From: Anaerolineae bacterium
GTDB lineage: Bacteria > Chloroflexota > Anaerolineae > B4-G1 > SLSP01
Assembly (NCBI GenBank): GCA_003562365.1
Contig: PWVB01000524.1
Location: 1-39,336, forward strand
Length of the DNA stretch: 39,336 bases
Direction: 5' to 3'
Positions 1-8,805 of this stretch are shown piece after piece (the stretch's first letter is position 1; every line of letters starts with the position of its first letter). The position numbers were made by a program, and so were the translations under genes. The notes below the pieces were generated by a model. It searched no databases and was not told the DNA's origin. It saw only the letters and a program-made list of their open reading frames with translations.

Positions 1-273
1 TCGCTCCCCAAAACTCGTCCAACCCATCTGTTTGTCACCCCGACCCCAATTCGCACCGCTACCGCTCCTCAACGCCCCACCCCTCACATCCACTTATCCT
101 GTCTGGTGAATCGCTGCGCTAGCCCTTCTTGCATAGCCGTTGCCTTCGGCGGGGTTGACGGTAAAATGCAGCTGTTATATGGGAGGGAGATCGCGTCGCC
201 CTCGGCTAGATAACGCCTGAGGATTCGGGAGCTAGCCTCGATCTGTTTTGAGCAAAGCCTGAGAAAGCCACCT

Positions 274-3200
274 ATGCCATCTGAGTGGGAGAAACCGTAC
301 GTGCGTCCAGACCAAAGGGACCCGGAACAATCTGTGTCCCGACGTCGCGATGATGAGGATTCGACGTCTCCTTGGCGCCCAGCAGACCTGCATCCTAAGG
401 ATCACGAATCCTCCTCCGAATCCGCTACATCGCCGCCGAAGGGATCGGTGCCGACGCAGCGGACTCGCGTGCCACCGTGGGCCTCTCAGCCGGTCCGCTC
501 GGCCTATGCGTGGGACGATCCCGATGTTGATGACGACGAGCCGACACAACCGATCCGTCCCGTGCAACCGCCCCCACCTCCGCCACCCCCCTCCGGGGAC
601 CGCGATTCTCGAACGGGTGGCGGTGTTCGGTGGGCCAGTGTATTTTTGGTACTTATCTTGTCCGCAGTTGGGCTCTTTATGCTGGCCTTGGCCGCCGGGG
701 CGGTAGGATATGTCTATCTGGCGGCGCAGCTGCCGCCTCCCGATGAGCTTCGCGAGCGACAACCCAACTTCGCCAGCAGTCAGATCTATGACCGCAACGG
801 GATGTTGCTCCATGAAATCATCGATCCCGCTGCCGGTAGGCGAACCTACGTTCCATTAGAACAGATTTCACCCTACTTGCGGTTGGCCACGGTCGCAACG
901 GAGGATCGAAACTTCTACCAGCATGGTGGGTTTGACCCCATCGCCATCGTCCGTGCGATCTATCAGGCGCTTCAGGAGCGGGAGGTGGTCTCTGGTGCCA
1001 GCACCATCACCCAGCAGGTTGCGCGCAATATCCTGTTGGGGCCGGAGGCGGCGCTGGAGCGGACTGCCTCGCGGAAGGTCAAGGAGATTATCCTCGCCGC
1101 TGAGTTGACGCGTCGCTATAGCAAGGATGACATTCTTGAGATTTATGTCAACAACAACAACTACGGCAACCTGGCCTACGGGATTGATGCCGCAGCCCGC
1201 ACCTACTTTGGCACCAACGCAGCGCAGCTGACGCTGGCCCAGGCCTCCTTTTTGGCCGGGATTCCACAGTCGCCCGCCATCTACAACCCTTTCCAAGGTG
1301 GGCGCGAGCAAGCCTTGAATCGCCATAAGATTGTCTTGGGCTTGATGGTCGAGGCCGGCTATATCACGGTGGATCAGGCGGTGGCGGCAGCAGCCGAGAT
1401 GGACGCCTATACTTTTCAACCGATCTACACTGACCGGATTCCCGCGCCACATTTCGTCGTTTACATCACCCAGTGGGTTGAGCAGAACCTTGGTACAGAC
1501 GCACTCTACACTGGGCGGGGATTGCGGATTCACACTACGCTTGATCCGCGCCTACAGCGCATTGCAGAAGAGGAGGTCGCCAATGGAGTGACGGCCCTTG
1601 CTCAGCGGGATGTCACCAACGGTGCCTTGGTCGCGCTGGAACCCTCCAGCGGTCATATCCTGGCGATGGTGGGAAGCACTGACTTCTACGGAGATCAGAG
1701 GCACGGACAGGTCAACGTGACGCTCCGCTGCCGCCAGCCAGGATCGGCCATCAAACCCTTAACCTATTTGGCTGCCTTCGAGGAGGGCTGGACACCGTCT
1801 ACAAACATTTGGGATCTGCCGGTCTCCTATCCTGATGCTGCCGGCAACGTTTATGAGCCTGTTAACTTCGATGGCCGGTTCCGGGGCCCGGTTTCGGTCC
1901 GTACGGCCCTGGCCAACTCACTCAACATACCGGCAGTCAGGGCGCTGGAGTTTGTGGGAGTCGATGGCCTGCTGCGGATGGCGGAGCGCCTCGGCGCGCA
2001 GTCATTGGTGACGCCTCAGACGGAGTGTCCGGACTATCCGCATGCCACCCGCCCCGATTATGGTCTGGCCTTGACATTGGGTGGGGGTGAGATGAAACCG
2101 CTGGAACTGACTGGCGCTTATGCCACCTTGGCCAATGGGGGCCTCCGGATGGATCCTACTCCGATTCTCTGGATTGAAGATCAGGGCGGCAGGGTTCTGG
2201 TCGACAACCGGCAGCCGCAGGGTGAACAGGTTATTCGTGCCGAGCTGGCCTATCTGATGACCCACATCCTGGCGGATCGACAGGCGCGTTGCTTGGTCTT
2301 CGCCTGTCCGAGCGTTCTTGAGCTCCCGGATCGTCCTGTGGCTGCCAAGACTGGCAGCACCAACGACACTCGCGACGCCTGGACGGTGGGGTACACGACC
2401 GATCTCGCGGTGGGGGTGTGGGTAGGCAACAATGACAACACTCCGATGGCTAACGTGCTTGGATCCTCTGGGGCTGGCCCCATCTGGCAGGCCTTTATGC
2501 GGCGCGCCCACGAAGGCATCCCGGTTCGCGCCTTCCCACGACCGGCAGGGGTGATGGAGCGAGAGATCTGCGTGCTCTCAGGGGCAGAGGCGTCAGAGGT
2601 CTGTCCTGAGAGACGTTTTGAAGTCTTCTCGATGGACAGCCCGCCGCCCAGTGCAGACCAAGCGTGGTTGCAGGAGGTGGAGATCGATGCCAATAGCGGT
2701 TTGCTGGCCAACGCATATTGCCGAGAGCACGTGATCTCGCGGGTCGCTATCTTTACAGATCGTATACAGGACCCCCGAGGCCGGCAGTGGCTTGAGCAGT
2801 GGGCGATTGAACAAGGGATCGCCATCGCTCCTGACCGCGAGTGCACCAGTGCGGAGCAACCGCCCGTGGTGGAGATTACAGCCCCGGTGGCAGGCCAGGA
2901 AGTCTACGGTTTCGTGGACATCCGTGGTTCGGTGGTGCTGGCGGATTTTGATCACTACGAGATTACCTTCGGCGTGAGCGACAGCCCGCAGGGCTGGGGA
3001 TGGATTAGCGGCCCGCATATGACGATGGTTCAGGATGGCACGCTAGGGTCTTGGAGTATCCCCCAGGACCTTTCTCCCGGAGGCTACACGGTACGCGTCG
3101 TGGCACACAATCGCTATGGTGCGCGGTTCGAAGCGCGACAATACGTCCAGGTCCTTGGTCCGACGCCCACGCCAACGCCAGAAGCCACCCCAACGGCGAC

Positions 3201-3384
3201 CTCAACGCCGACGCCTTCACCGACGCCGACCGAGGTTCCAGTTACAGTGACGGCTACGCCCACCGTCACGGCCACTCCGACACCGTCGGGAGAGGTCCCA
3301 CCGTCCTCACCGACTCCGACCCCAAGTCCGACACCGACAGAGACGCCAGCTTTGGATCCTACGTCTACCCCCCCGGAGCCGTGA
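274..3384 (+). CDS. Class A penicillin-binding protein (PBP1A-like transglycosylase/transpeptidase) with Pro-rich N-terminus and Pro/Thr-rich C-terminal tail
   Basis: GT51 motifs EDRNFYQHGG, GASTITQQVARN and RKVKE; transpeptidase motifs SAIK (SxxK), SLN (SxN) and KTG; one N-terminal TM helix; terminal PTPT repeats. Confidence 0.95.
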   Translation: MPSEWEKPYVRPDQRDPEQSVSRRRDDEDSTSPWRPADLHPKDHESSSESATSPPKGSVPTQRTRVPPWASQPVRSAYAWDDPDVDDDEPTQPIRPVQPPPPPPPPSGDRDSRTGGGVRWASVFLVLILSAVGLFMLALAAGAVGYVYLAAQLPPPDELRERQPNFASSQIYDRNGMLLHEIIDPAAGRRTYVPLEQISPYLRLATVATEDRNFYQHGGFDPIAIVRAIYQALQEREVVSGASTITQQVARNILLGPEAALERTASRKVKEIILAAELTRRYSKDDILEIYVNNNNYGNLAYGIDAAARTYFGTNAAQLTLAQASFLAGIPQSPAIYNPFQGGREQALNRHKIVLGLMVEAGYITVDQAVAAAAEMDAYTFQPIYTDRIPAPHFVVYITQWVEQNLGTDALYTGRGLRIHTTLDPRLQRIAEEEVANGVTALAQRDVTNGALVALEPSSGHILAMVGSTDFYGDQRHGQVNVTLRCRQPGSAIKPLTYLAAFEEGWTPSTNIWDLPVSYPDAAGNVYEPVNFDGRFRGPVSVRTALANSLNIPAVRALEFVGVDGLLRMAERLGAQSLVTPQTECPDYPHATRPDYGLALTLGGGEMKPLELTGAYATLANGGLRMDPTPILWIEDQGGRVLVDNRQPQGEQVIRAELAYLMTHILADRQARCLVFACPSVLELPDRPVAAKTGSTNDTRDAWTVGYTTDLAVGVWVGNNDNTPMANVLGSSGAGPIWQAFMRRAHEGIPVRAFPRPAGVMEREICVLSGAEASEVCPERRFEVFSMDSPPPSADQAWLQEVEIDANSGLLANAYCREHVISRVAIFTDRIQDPRGRQWLEQWAIEQGIAIAPDRECTSAEQPPVVEITAPVAGQEVYGFVDIRGSVVLADFDHYEITFGVSDSPQGWGWISGPHMTMVQDGTLGSWSIPQDLSPGGYTVRVVAHNRYGARFEARQYVQVLGPTPTPTPEATPTATSTPTPSPTPTEVPVTVTATPTVTATPTPSGEVPPSSPTPTPSPTPTETPALDPTSTPPEP

Positions 3385-3430
3385 TCCCTGTCGAGATCGT
3401 ACAGAATCTAGCCCAAAGTTGCTGTGAGAT

Positions 3431-3458
3431 TTGACAGTGCTTGTTTTCGTGCTATGAT
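3431..3458 (+). promoter_or_regulatory. Sigma70-type promoter of infC-rpmI-rplT
   Basis: TTGACA (3431-3436), 16 nt, then TATGAT (3453-3458) with extended -10 TG at 3450-3451. Confidence 0.75.
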
Positions 3459-3514
3459 ACGCTGGCGTTTGTGCCTATCGCTTTGTCTGCTCAAAAATCA
3501 TAAGGGGGATCATT

Positions 3515-4030
3515 ATCAGCAAGCAGCAGTATCGTGCGAACAACCAGATTCGAGCTCGGGAAGTCCGGGTCATTGACGTTGAGGGGAATAACCTCGGGAT
3601 TATGCCTACATTGGAGGCGTTACGTATGGCAGAGGAGGCAGGCCTTGATCTAGTAGAGGTTGCGCCGAATGCCGAGCCACCAGTGACTCGTGTGATGGAC
3701 TTTGGTAAGTTCATCTATCAACAGGCTAAGAAGGAACGTGAGGCACGGAAATCCCAGAAGCAGGTCGAGATCAAAGAAATTCGTCTGCGTCCTAAGACGA
3801 CCGAGCATCACAAGATGTTTAAGGTGAAGAACGCACGGGGCTGGCTTGCGGATGGCAACAAAGTGCGGGTGAGAATTCGCTTCCGGGGTCGCGAGATTAC
3901 CTACCCAGAGGTGGCGATGGAGCAGCTTCGGGAGATTGCTGATGAGCTGTCCGATGTTGCCGCTGTTGAACAGGCGCCACAGATGGACGGGCGGACACTG
4001 TTGATGGTGCTAGCGCCCAAAAAGACTTAG
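3515..4030 (+). CDS. infC: Translation initiation factor IF-3 with non-AUG start (ATC 3515, or ATT 3512)
   Basis: The frame continues upstream of ATG 3602 through conserved IF3 N-terminal sequence (YRANNQIRAREVRVID). SD AAGGGGG at 3502-3508 precedes ATT-ATC. LDLVEVAP and KEIRLRP motifs are present. Confidence 0.95.
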   Translation: MSKQQYRANNQIRAREVRVIDVEGNNLGIMPTLEALRMAEEAGLDLVEVAPNAEPPVTRVMDFGKFIYQQAKKEREARKSQKQVEIKEIRLRPKTTEHHKMFKVKNARGWLADGNKVRVRIRFRGREITYPEVAMEQLREIADELSDVAAVEQAPQMDGRTLLMVLAPKKT

Positions 4031-4045
4031 GTGGGAGGAAAGTCA

Positions 4046-4264
4046 GTGCCCAAGATTAGAACACACAAATCAACGGCGAAGCGCTTCCATGTATCTCGGG
4101 GTGGAAGCGGGAAGCTGATGCGGACAAAGCAGGGGAAAAGCCACTTTCGTCGCAAGAAGCCACGGCGGGTGCGCGCTGAGTTTGACGATCTTCACGTCGT
4201 CGACGATCAGGGCATTCAGCGGCGAGTACGCAGGTTGGCTCCGTATATGAAGAGGAATTCTTAG
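4046..4264 (+). CDS. rpmI: 50S ribosomal protein L35
   Basis: (M)PKIRTHKSTAKRF signature; GTG at 4046 behind GGAGGA; lies between infC and rplT. Confidence 0.93.
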   Translation: MPKIRTHKSTAKRFHVSRGGSGKLMRTKQGKSHFRRKKPRRVRAEFDDLHVVDDQGIQRRVRRLAPYMKRNS

Positions 4265-4280
4265 TTTTTTGAGGTGAATT

Positions 4281-4625
4281 GTGAGAGTAAAAGGTGGAAC
4301 CGTAACACGCCGACGCCATAAGAAGCTCGTTCGTCAGACGAAAGGGTTCTTTGGGTCGCGCCATAAGCTGTTCCGGCGAGCTAACGAGGGGTGGATGAAG
4401 TCTATGGCCTACGCTTACCGCGATCGGCGCAACAAGAAGCGCGATCTGCGGCGCCTATGGATCATCCGCATCAACGCAGCCGCCCGGCAGAATGGCACGA
4501 CCTACAGTCGCTTGATTCATGACCTGAGGTCATCGAGTATCGCCCTGGATCGCAAGATTCTGGCTGATCTGGCGGTGAATGAGCCGGGGGCCTTCTCCGC
4601 TGTTGTGGAGACCGCACAAGCATAA
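4281..4625 (+). CDS. rplT: 50S ribosomal protein L20
   Basis: [31 protein letters not shown] and [11 protein letters not shown] motifs; GTG start with GAGGTG SD. Confidence 0.97.
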   Translation: MRVKGGTVTRRRHKKLVRQTKGFFGSRHKLFRRANEGWMKSMAYAYRDRRNKKRDLRRLWIIRINAAARQNGTTYSRLIHDLRSSSIALDRKILADLAVNEPGAFSAVVETAQA

Positions 4626-4661
4626 CCGGCGAGAGCCAGTTCAGCAGTTATATGAGAGCCG

Positions 4662-4701
4662 GCGGCGGTGCCATCCTCAATCGAGGAGGCATCGCCGCTT
4701 T
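4662..4701 (+). terminator. Probable terminator hairpin between convergent rplT and the hypothetical gene
   Basis: GCGGCGGTGCCATCCTC-aatc-GAGGAGGCATCGCCGC followed by TTT. Confidence 0.6.
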
Positions 4702-4717
4702 CGCGTGATGCAGTCTT

Positions 4718-5167
4718 CTAGCGGCGGCGGCGGATGAGCAGTTTGAAGACGTTGCTGATGACCCCCAGGATGAGGGCGAAGATGACAGCAGCTCGCATAT
4801 CGAAGAGGATGGTGACTTTCTCGCCTTCGATCTGGTTGGCAGCGACCAAAAGCGCCATCGCATCTTCCATCTTCACCTGATCGGCGGCGACAATGCCAGC
4901 CACTCCATTGGTCAGCGTGACATTCTCGCCCTGTGCGATACCGATGCCGCCTCCTTTAACGTCGACAAAGCGGCCCTTTGCACGACCCATGCCTCCCTGC
5001 TCAACGAATACCTTGTCGGCCTTAACGGTTTGGGCGCCGCCCTGTATTATGTTGACGGTGTCGGCTACGACCTCTTGCCTGCCTGTTTCTGCAGGCATGG
5101 ACGCCGTTTTCGCGGTTGCCTCCACAGTAGTCGGCTCCTGCGGTTGTAGATCCTTTTCTGCATCCAT
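4718..5167 (-). CDS. Hypothetical tail-anchored membrane protein with five 15-aa beta-solenoid-like repeats
   Basis: SD AAGGAG upstream; 15-residue periodicity over aa 35-109; C-terminal hydrophobic helix followed by RRRR. Confidence 0.75.
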   Translation of the reverse strand: MDAEKDLQPQEPTTVEATAKTASMPAETGRQEVVADTVNIIQGGAQTVKADKVFVEQGGMGRAKGRFVDVKGGGIGIAQGENVTLTNGVAGIVAADQVKMEDAMALLVAANQIEGEKVTILFDMRAAVIFALILGVISNVFKLLIRRRR

Positions 5168-5357
5168 CGGTTTCTCCTTACCTTAGTGAGGGCTTCCCCG
5201 TGTGCCAACCTGCTTGCTGTCAGCACACCCTAAGTTTAGCATAGATCGATGAATGCAGAAGCGTGTAGCGCCGTCTAAATCTGCGATGGGAGTTCCGTCA
5301 CACGAGGTGCGGTCATACGTCACTAGGTTTGGAGGCTAAAGTGACTATCATAGAAAG

Positions 5358-5452
5358 TGTTGAGGTACTGATGGCTTCACATCCATCGCACCTCTCCTCC
5401 TTTCCTTGGCTGGTGGCCCCCCGGATCCCCCCCTCGCCGGGGGGCCAGGCCA
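5358..5452 (+). ncRNA. Candidate two-hairpin small RNA with CU-rich linker and loop
   Basis: TATCAT -10-like box at 5346-5351; hairpin GAGGT..TGATGG/CCATCG..ACCTC; linker TCCTCCTTTCC; hairpin TGGCCCCCCGG/CCGGGGGGCCA with a C-rich loop. Confidence 0.35.
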
Positions 5453-5608
5453 TGGTAGACGTGGTTAAACTGCGTGCTGGCTAGGACTAACAGCAGTCCC
5501 CAGAGCATTTTCGTTTGGTGCGAGACTTCTTTTTCGTTTAGCTTGTGCCTGCCCACAATGGCCGTATACTGTGAATAGGTTCCTTATTCAATCTTGAGGA
5601 GAGAGACG

Positions 5609-6262
5609 ATGAACTTCGGCAAGGCCTTCACATTTGTCTTCGACGATCCCGAGTGGCTTAAGAAGGTGGCGATCAATGCTCTGATCGGCTTGATCCCCAT
5701 CATCGGTGCGCTCTACCTGCTGGGCTGGGGACTGGAGGTGGCCCGCCGCATCGCGATCCAGAGTCCCATCCCCTTGCCTGACGTGGACTTCGGTACCTTT
5801 CTAGGCCACGGGCTTAAGGCGTTTGTCGTCGGGCTGGTCTACACTCTACCGATCTGGATTGTCACGATTCCAATGGTGGTGATCGCGCTAGTGGTAGAGG
5901 GTGCGGGGATGGATAGAGAGGTCGCTAATGTATTGTTGATGATCACTAACCTGTGTGGCGGGCTACTGCTTTTACTCTACGGTCTCTTGATGGGCTTGGT
6001 GTTGCCGGCCGCGCTGACGCGTACGGTGGTCTATGGCTCCATCAAGTCTGGTTTGCAGTTTGGATCGGTTCTGGGGCTGGTACGCGCCGCGCCGGGGGCC
6101 TACATAGTGACGCTGTTGGGGACCTTTGTCGCTGGGCTGCTGGCGGCCTTCGTCGGCACGTTGGCCTGTGGTATCGGACTCATCTTCACTGCCGCCTATC
6201 AACAGGCGGTAATGGGGCACTTCTACGGTCAGGCATACCTACGGGCGAGCGCCGGGCGCTAG
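5609..6262 (+). CDS. DUF4013-like membrane protein
   Basis: MNFGKAFTFVFDDPEWLKK...LIPIIG...GW pattern with 4-5 TM helices; SD GAGGAG before ATG 5609; TATACT at 5565-5570. Confidence 0.75.
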   Translation: MNFGKAFTFVFDDPEWLKKVAINALIGLIPIIGALYLLGWGLEVARRIAIQSPIPLPDVDFGTFLGHGLKAFVVGLVYTLPIWIVTIPMVVIALVVEGAGMDREVANVLLMITNLCGGLLLLLYGLLMGLVLPAALTRTVVYGSIKSGLQFGSVLGLVRAAPGAYIVTLLGTFVAGLLAAFVGTLACGIGLIFTAAYQQAVMGHFYGQAYLRASAGR

Positions 6263-6272
6263 GATTGGTGAG

Positions 6273-6310
6273 AATGCCGGGCGCCCCCTAAGCAGGGGGC
6301 GCCCGGCATT
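6273..6310. terminator. Perfect 17-bp inverted repeat between convergent genes (bidirectional terminator-like)
   Basis: AATGCCGGGCGCCCCCT-aagc-AGGGGGCGCCCGGCATT. Confidence 0.75.
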
Positions 6311-6333
6311 AATGCTGACTCCCCCTCTACTCC

Positions 6334-7284
6334 CTAATGCCCTTTGGTTCGCTGCGAAGCTCTGGTAGGCGCGATCACGTCGATTAGCTGCGGCACCAGT
6401 GTGATCTCCAACTTCTGAGTGGCGGTGGCCAGGGTCTCTCCATCGGCGTGGGCCGGCAGATTGCCCTGCAAGGCGGTCACCGCTATGTGGTCGGTTCGGG
6501 CGGTCGTGATCGGTGCCTGCGTAGCCTGGGTGCCACGCATAAAATGCGGTATCATCGTCAGGATGCGGAGTCTAGGCACTTGACGCGCGATGCATAGGTT
6601 CAGATGCCCGTCGGCGGGGTCGCCTTGAGGTGCCATCATAAAGCCGCCGCCCATCCGTTGTCCGTTCATCACCGAGATCATCAGCGTGGGTTGTTCGATG
6701 TTTCGGCCAGCATATTCTATTGAGACGAGCGGAGCTTCATAGTATAGTAGAATGGTCTTGAGGGTTGCCACGATGTAGCAGAGAAAGCCCTTCAGGTGCG
6801 GCTGACGGGCGGCCACGAAGCCCACCACTGCGTCAAAACCGATGCCAACACCGTTGCCGAAGTATCGTCCTACCGAGTCGTCTCCGCCGGTAACGTAGCC
6901 GATGTCGATCGGGCGTCGCTGGGCTTGGGCCAGGACTCTGCAGCCAGCCTCCAGCTCGGTAGGGATGCCCAATGCAAAGGCAAAGTCATTGCCTCGGCCT
7001 GTGCTCAACACACCTAGGGCTGGAAAAACGCTGGGGTGATCATCGCGCGCCATCACAAGGCCGTTGAGCACTTCGTTGACGGTGCCATCCCCCCCCACGG
7101 CGACAATGATGTCAACCCCATCGCACGCGGCTGCCCGCGCCAATTCGGCGGCGTGCCAGCGGCGCTCGGTGTAGACGAGCTCAAATGCCAGCCCCAGGTT
7201 CCGCAGATGTGCCTGTATGGCTGGCACTGCAGCCGCCGCTGCACCGCGTCCGGCTGCTGGATTGACGATCACACGGTACCTCAC
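6334..7284 (-). CDS. Diacylglycerol kinase-family lipid kinase (YegS/DgkB-like)
   Basis: IVNPAAG, VGGDGTVNEV, GRGNDFA, GIGFDA and HADGE motifs. GTG 7284 follows SD AGGAGG; the upstream ORF extension is probably not translated. Confidence 0.92.
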   Translation of the reverse strand: MRYRVIVNPAAGRGAAAAAVPAIQAHLRNLGLAFELVYTERRWHAAELARAAACDGVDIIVAVGGDGTVNEVLNGLVMARDDHPSVFPALGVLSTGRGNDFAFALGIPTELEAGCRVLAQAQRRPIDIGYVTGGDDSVGRYFGNGVGIGFDAVVGFVAARQPHLKGFLCYIVATLKTILLYYEAPLVSIEYAGRNIEQPTLMISVMNGQRMGGGFMMAPQGDPADGHLNLCIARQVPRLRILTMIPHFMRGTQATQAPITTARTDHIAVTALQGNLPAHADGETLATATQKLEITLVPQLIDVIAPTRASQRTKGH

Positions 7285-7646
7285 GCTTTGTTGACCTCCT
7301 CTACTACCAAGTCTCCTTTGACGCTGACTGTAAGCCATAACAGTGGCGCATCCTCCGCTGCCTTGGCGCATTCGCCGGAGTATAGGTGAAGCGCCGTTGA
7401 TGTCAATGCCTATCTGGCTGATGGGATAGCGCAGCAATTCACATAAGCGGGCTGGCGCATGTGGGTGATGGGTGCTGCAGCCTCAGTGCCATCCACAATA
7501 CATAGGGGCGATGAGACTACCCGAAGTTGCTGAGCTATCCTGGCTGATAGGACCGCCTGTCCTATGTTTCCTCTCCACCGTGATTCATCTCCTCTTTGTG
7601 GTATCATAGCGGACGTGTGCTATCGTGGTTGACGAAGGGGTACCGT

Positions 7647-8798
7647 GTGAATCAGCTGTTCTCGTTTGAGGTGGCGGCAAAGGAAGGAACTGCGCGGGCC
7701 GGTGTGTTCCACACCGCTCACGGTCCGGTGCTGACTCCGATCTATGCGCCAGTCGGAACCCAGGCTACCGTCAAAGCTGTGACGCCTCAGCAGCTGCAAG
7801 AAGTAGGCGCATCCTTGGTGCTGGCAAACACCTATCATCTCTACTTGCGGCCCAGCGACGCGGTGATCCGATCGCTGGGTGGACTGCATGCGTTCATGAA
7901 CTGGGACGGTCCGATCCTGACGGACTCCGGCGGTTTTCAAGTCTTTAGCTTAGCCGGTCGGGATGGCAAACAATCCTTGCGCCGGATCGACGATGACGGT
8001 GTGACTTTTCGCTCGCATCTCGACGGCCGCCGTCACCGCTTTACACCGGAGAAGGTGATGCAGATTCAGGAGAATCTGGGGGCAGACATCGTGATGGTTT
8101 TAGATGAGTGTGCTGTGCCGGATGACTATGATTATCTAAAGCGTCATGCACTGCCGCGGACGCATGCCTGGGCCGAGCGATGTAAGGTCGCGCATCATCG
8201 ATCAGACCAGGCACTCTTCGGTATCGTACAAGGTGGTGTCTACCCGGATTTGCGTGCCGCCAGCGCCCGGCATCTGGTCGCACTTGACTTTCCCGGCTAC
8301 GCCATCGGCGGCCTCTCGGTCGGTGAAGGTAAGCACGAGATGTATACGACTTTGGAGGCGACCACACCACTGCTGCCGGAGGATAGACCGCGCTACCTGA
8401 TGGGGGTTGGAACGCCTGAGGATCTGGTGGAAGGGGTGGCGCGGGGTGTTGACATTTTCGATTGTGTTCTGCCGACACGGGTCGCCCGCAATGGGCAGGC
8501 TTTGCTGCGAACGGATAAGTACAATATGCGCAACGCGCAGTTCGCTGAAGACCCGGTGCCGATCGACGCGACATGTGGCTGCTATACTTGCAGGAATTTC
8601 AGTCGCGCCTACGTGCGGCACCTGCTAGTTGCTAAGGAGATCCTCGGTGCGACGTTATTGACCATGCATAACCTTTATACTATGTTGAACTTGATCACAG
8701 ACATCCGTGCCTCTATCGTGGAGGGGCGTTTTGAGGCGTTTCGAGAGGCCTTTTGGGACGCGCGTCGTGAGAGCTCGTCAGCAGAGGAAGGAGCGTAG
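7647..8798 (+). CDS. tgt: tRNA-guanine transglycosylase
   Basis: LANTYHL, TDSGGFQVFSL, DEC, GGLSVGE, RYLMGVG and FDCVLPTR motifs; Zn site CGCYTC...H; GTG start after GAAGGGG; TGgTATCAT upstream. Confidence 0.97.
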   Translation: MNQLFSFEVAAKEGTARAGVFHTAHGPVLTPIYAPVGTQATVKAVTPQQLQEVGASLVLANTYHLYLRPSDAVIRSLGGLHAFMNWDGPILTDSGGFQVFSLAGRDGKQSLRRIDDDGVTFRSHLDGRRHRFTPEKVMQIQENLGADIVMVLDECAVPDDYDYLKRHALPRTHAWAERCKVAHHRSDQALFGIVQGGVYPDLRAASARHLVALDFPGYAIGGLSVGEGKHEMYTTLEATTPLLPEDRPRYLMGVGTPEDLVEGVARGVDIFDCVLPTRVARNGQALLRTDKYNMRNAQFAEDPVPIDATCGCYTCRNFSRAYVRHLLVAKEILGATLLTMHNLYTMLNLITDIRASIVEGRFEAFREAFWDARRESSSAEEGA

Positions 8799-8805
8799 GC
8801 AGAGC

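Noticed and set aside
232-813. 193-aa ORF antisense to the PBP, and the many other short overlapping ORFs in the track
   Set aside because: They overlap well-supported genes and have Arg/Pro-rich off-frame composition with no SD or motif support.
3160-3380. Repetitive ACGCCG/CCGAC tract as a CRISPR or tandem DNA repeat
   Set aside because: It encodes the Pro/Thr tail of the PBP; there is no repeat-spacer structure and no cas genes.
3460-3511. L20-binding leader RNA upstream of infC
   Set aside because: The leader is only ~50 nt and I cannot see the expected structure.
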